Of a DNA stretch of 42,320 nt, positions 40,969-42,320 are shown one piece after another (within the stretch, counting starts at the first letter, position 1; each line of letters opens with the position of its first letter). Source of the stretch: Chrysochromulina tobinii (Eukaryota); assembly GCA_001275005.1 (NCBI GenBank), contig JWZX01003213.1:1-42320 (forward strand), in the 5' to 3' direction. The position numbers and the translations under genes were made by a program. The notes under the pieces were generated by a model. It was not told where the DNA came from and did not search any database. It saw only the letters and a program-made list of their open reading frames with translations.

Positions 40969-42320
40969 ATGGACGTGAACGGTGCCATCCCCAAAGCGGC
41001 GCCGAAAAACGTAAAGCGTGTCCGCCCGCTCATGACCGCAGTTCGTAGCGGATTCACTTGGATGTCAAGCGAGTCGTGGCTCACGGGCGCGACTGGCAGC
41101 ACACGCGCTCACGTCAATCCACTACCTGGGGGGTCGCCGCCCGCGCCGCCGCCCGCCACGCCGCCCGCACCAGCTGCTCAGGGTGCTACCGTCCAGGCCA
41201 CCACTACCATGGGTGCCGCCGACAACGTGCACTATAACGTCGACATGGAATGGGTGGAAGGGGTACGTGCCAGCTCTCCGCACGCACGCACAAGGCCCAT
41301 CGCCCGTGACCGCACGCACCTCCGTGCTCACACTTGCGCTTTTGAGCCGTCCCGTCCTCAGTTGTTAGGCGCGCCGGACTCTACAGCCGTGCCGCCGCGC
41401 CTACCGCTGAGCGTGCCGCCGTTAGCGTTACCGCCATCCGCGCAGGATCATCTTGATGGCGTACCTCGCATGCAGCAGGCTGCCCCCTCGCTCGACATCG
41501 CAGTGCTCCCCGTCTTCCCTAGCTTGGCCGATGTTTTTCGCGACGGGAGCCCGCGCATCCAGACGCGCGCGATCGAGCTGCTCGAGTTGGCGAAGCGTGC
41601 GTGCAAGCGCCTCCGGCTCAATGACGCAACGGCCGAGCTTGATGAGGACGGGCTCAAGATTTGTGAAGCTGCCTGGTATGCGACGCGGGCGCGACGAGGC
41701 GCCCTTGCCTGCCAGATGAATGTGGTCTACGTGCTCGCCACCCGTGGAGGGCGTCTCCTTGGGTGGCTCAAGTTCCTCCTGACTGACCACGAGCACTTCC
41801 TCGAGGAGCTGGTCGTCGCGGAGTCAGAGCAGGGCACGCGAACCTACCTCGGGTATGCGATGATTGAGGCCTACATGGACAAGATCACGGGACTCGGGTG
41901 GCCCTTGCTCAACATCCGACTTCAGTGCCTCAATGTCGGAGCCGAGGCGGCCATGCACATGTACACCGAGAGACTCGAGTGCACCCAGTGGACGAGGCCC
42001 AAGGGATCGCACACCGTTCGAGGGCGTCGACGCCAGGTCCCGTGGACGAAAGAAGACGACCCTGGAGAGGGCTGCGTAATGCTGCAGGCCAAGTTCCCGG
42101 AGTTCCATGCTGGGGCGAAGCTGGCTGCTGAGCGGGGTGCCACAGCGCGTGCTGCACAGCATGTGACGCTTTCTGTGTGCCTCGGCCTCGGCAACATCCT
42201 CGAGGAGCACGAGGAACAAGAGGAGGAAGAGCCTGCAGTGCCAATGCACGCCCCGACGCCCGCCCCGATGCCCGCCCCGATGCCCGCCCCGATGCCCGCC
42301 CCGATGCCCGCCCCGACGCC
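40969..42320 (+). CDS. 3'-truncated ORF with a divergent GNAT acetyltransferase-like domain (not in the ORF track)
   Basis: By manual translation the frame is stop-free from 40906 to the window end. 41716-41980 reads MNVVYVLATRGGRLLGWLKF...FLEELVVAESEQGTR..LGYAMIEAYMD...IRLQCLN...AAMHMYTERL. Possible in-frame intron 41263-41361. Start uncertain. Confidence 0.6.
   Translation, partial: MDVNGAIPKAAPKNVKRVRPLMTAVRSGFTWMSSESWLTGATGSTRAHVNPLPGGSPPAPPPATPPAPAAQGATVQATTTMGAADNVHYNVDMEWVEGVRASSPHARTRPIARDRTHLRAHTCAFEPSRPQLLGAPDSTAVPPRLPLSVPPLALPPSAQDHLDGVPRMQQAAPSLDIAVLPVFPSLADVFRDGSPRIQTRAIELLELAKRACKRLRLNDATAELDEDGLKICEAAWYATRARRGALACQMNVVYVLATRGGRLLGWLKFLLTDHEHFLEELVVAESEQGTRTYLGYAMIEAYMDKITGLGWPLLNIRLQCLNVGAEAAMHMYTERLECTQWTRPKGSHTVRGRRRQVPWTKEDDPGEGCVMLQAKFPEFHAGAKLAAERGATARAAQHVTLSVCLGLGNILEEHEEQEEEEPAVPMHAPTPAPMPAPMPAPMPAPMPAPT
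42250..42320 (+). repeat. 12-bp tandem repeat (GCCCCGATGCCC)n encoding APMP/APTP, running off the window
   Basis: About six units visible. Confidence 0.9.

Noticed and set aside
41428..42249. Minus-strand ORFs at the window end
   Set aside because: They are antisense to the longer, motif-bearing plus-strand frame.

Overview
GC-rich, gene-dense eukaryotic nuclear DNA with about 21 protein-coding genes, a few short GT-AG introns (donor often GTGCG) and very short intergenic spacers. Plastid-type genes with signal-peptide leaders (zeaxanthin epoxidase, fibrillin, a lumen-type protein, a shikimate-kinase-like protein) and centrin suggest an alga with a secondary plastid. A haptophyte such as Chrysochromulina is my best guess, by inference only. 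Recognisable genes are a DHHC palmitoyltransferase, mitochondrial HslU, a TTC13/SRFR1-like TPR protein, an LRR protein, an APP1-like HAD phosphatase, ZEP, centrin, two double-domain GT77 (RRA-like) glycosyltransferases, an O-fucosyltransferase-like protein, a CCCH/Gly-rich protein with CysRS-C-terminal-like repeats, fibrillin, an RRM plus 2OG-Fe(II) oxygenase fusion head-to-head with a PhyH dioxygenase, EMC3, and a 3'-truncated GNAT-like ORF absent from the ORF track. Non-coding structure includes a 1.19-kb element bounded by inverted repeats, two introns containing 10-nt tandem arrays with a branch-point-like CTGAT in each unit, and a recurring TCACAGCC upstream motif. No rRNA, tRNA or CRISPR array was seen. 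Family assignments come from motif recognition, not database searches.
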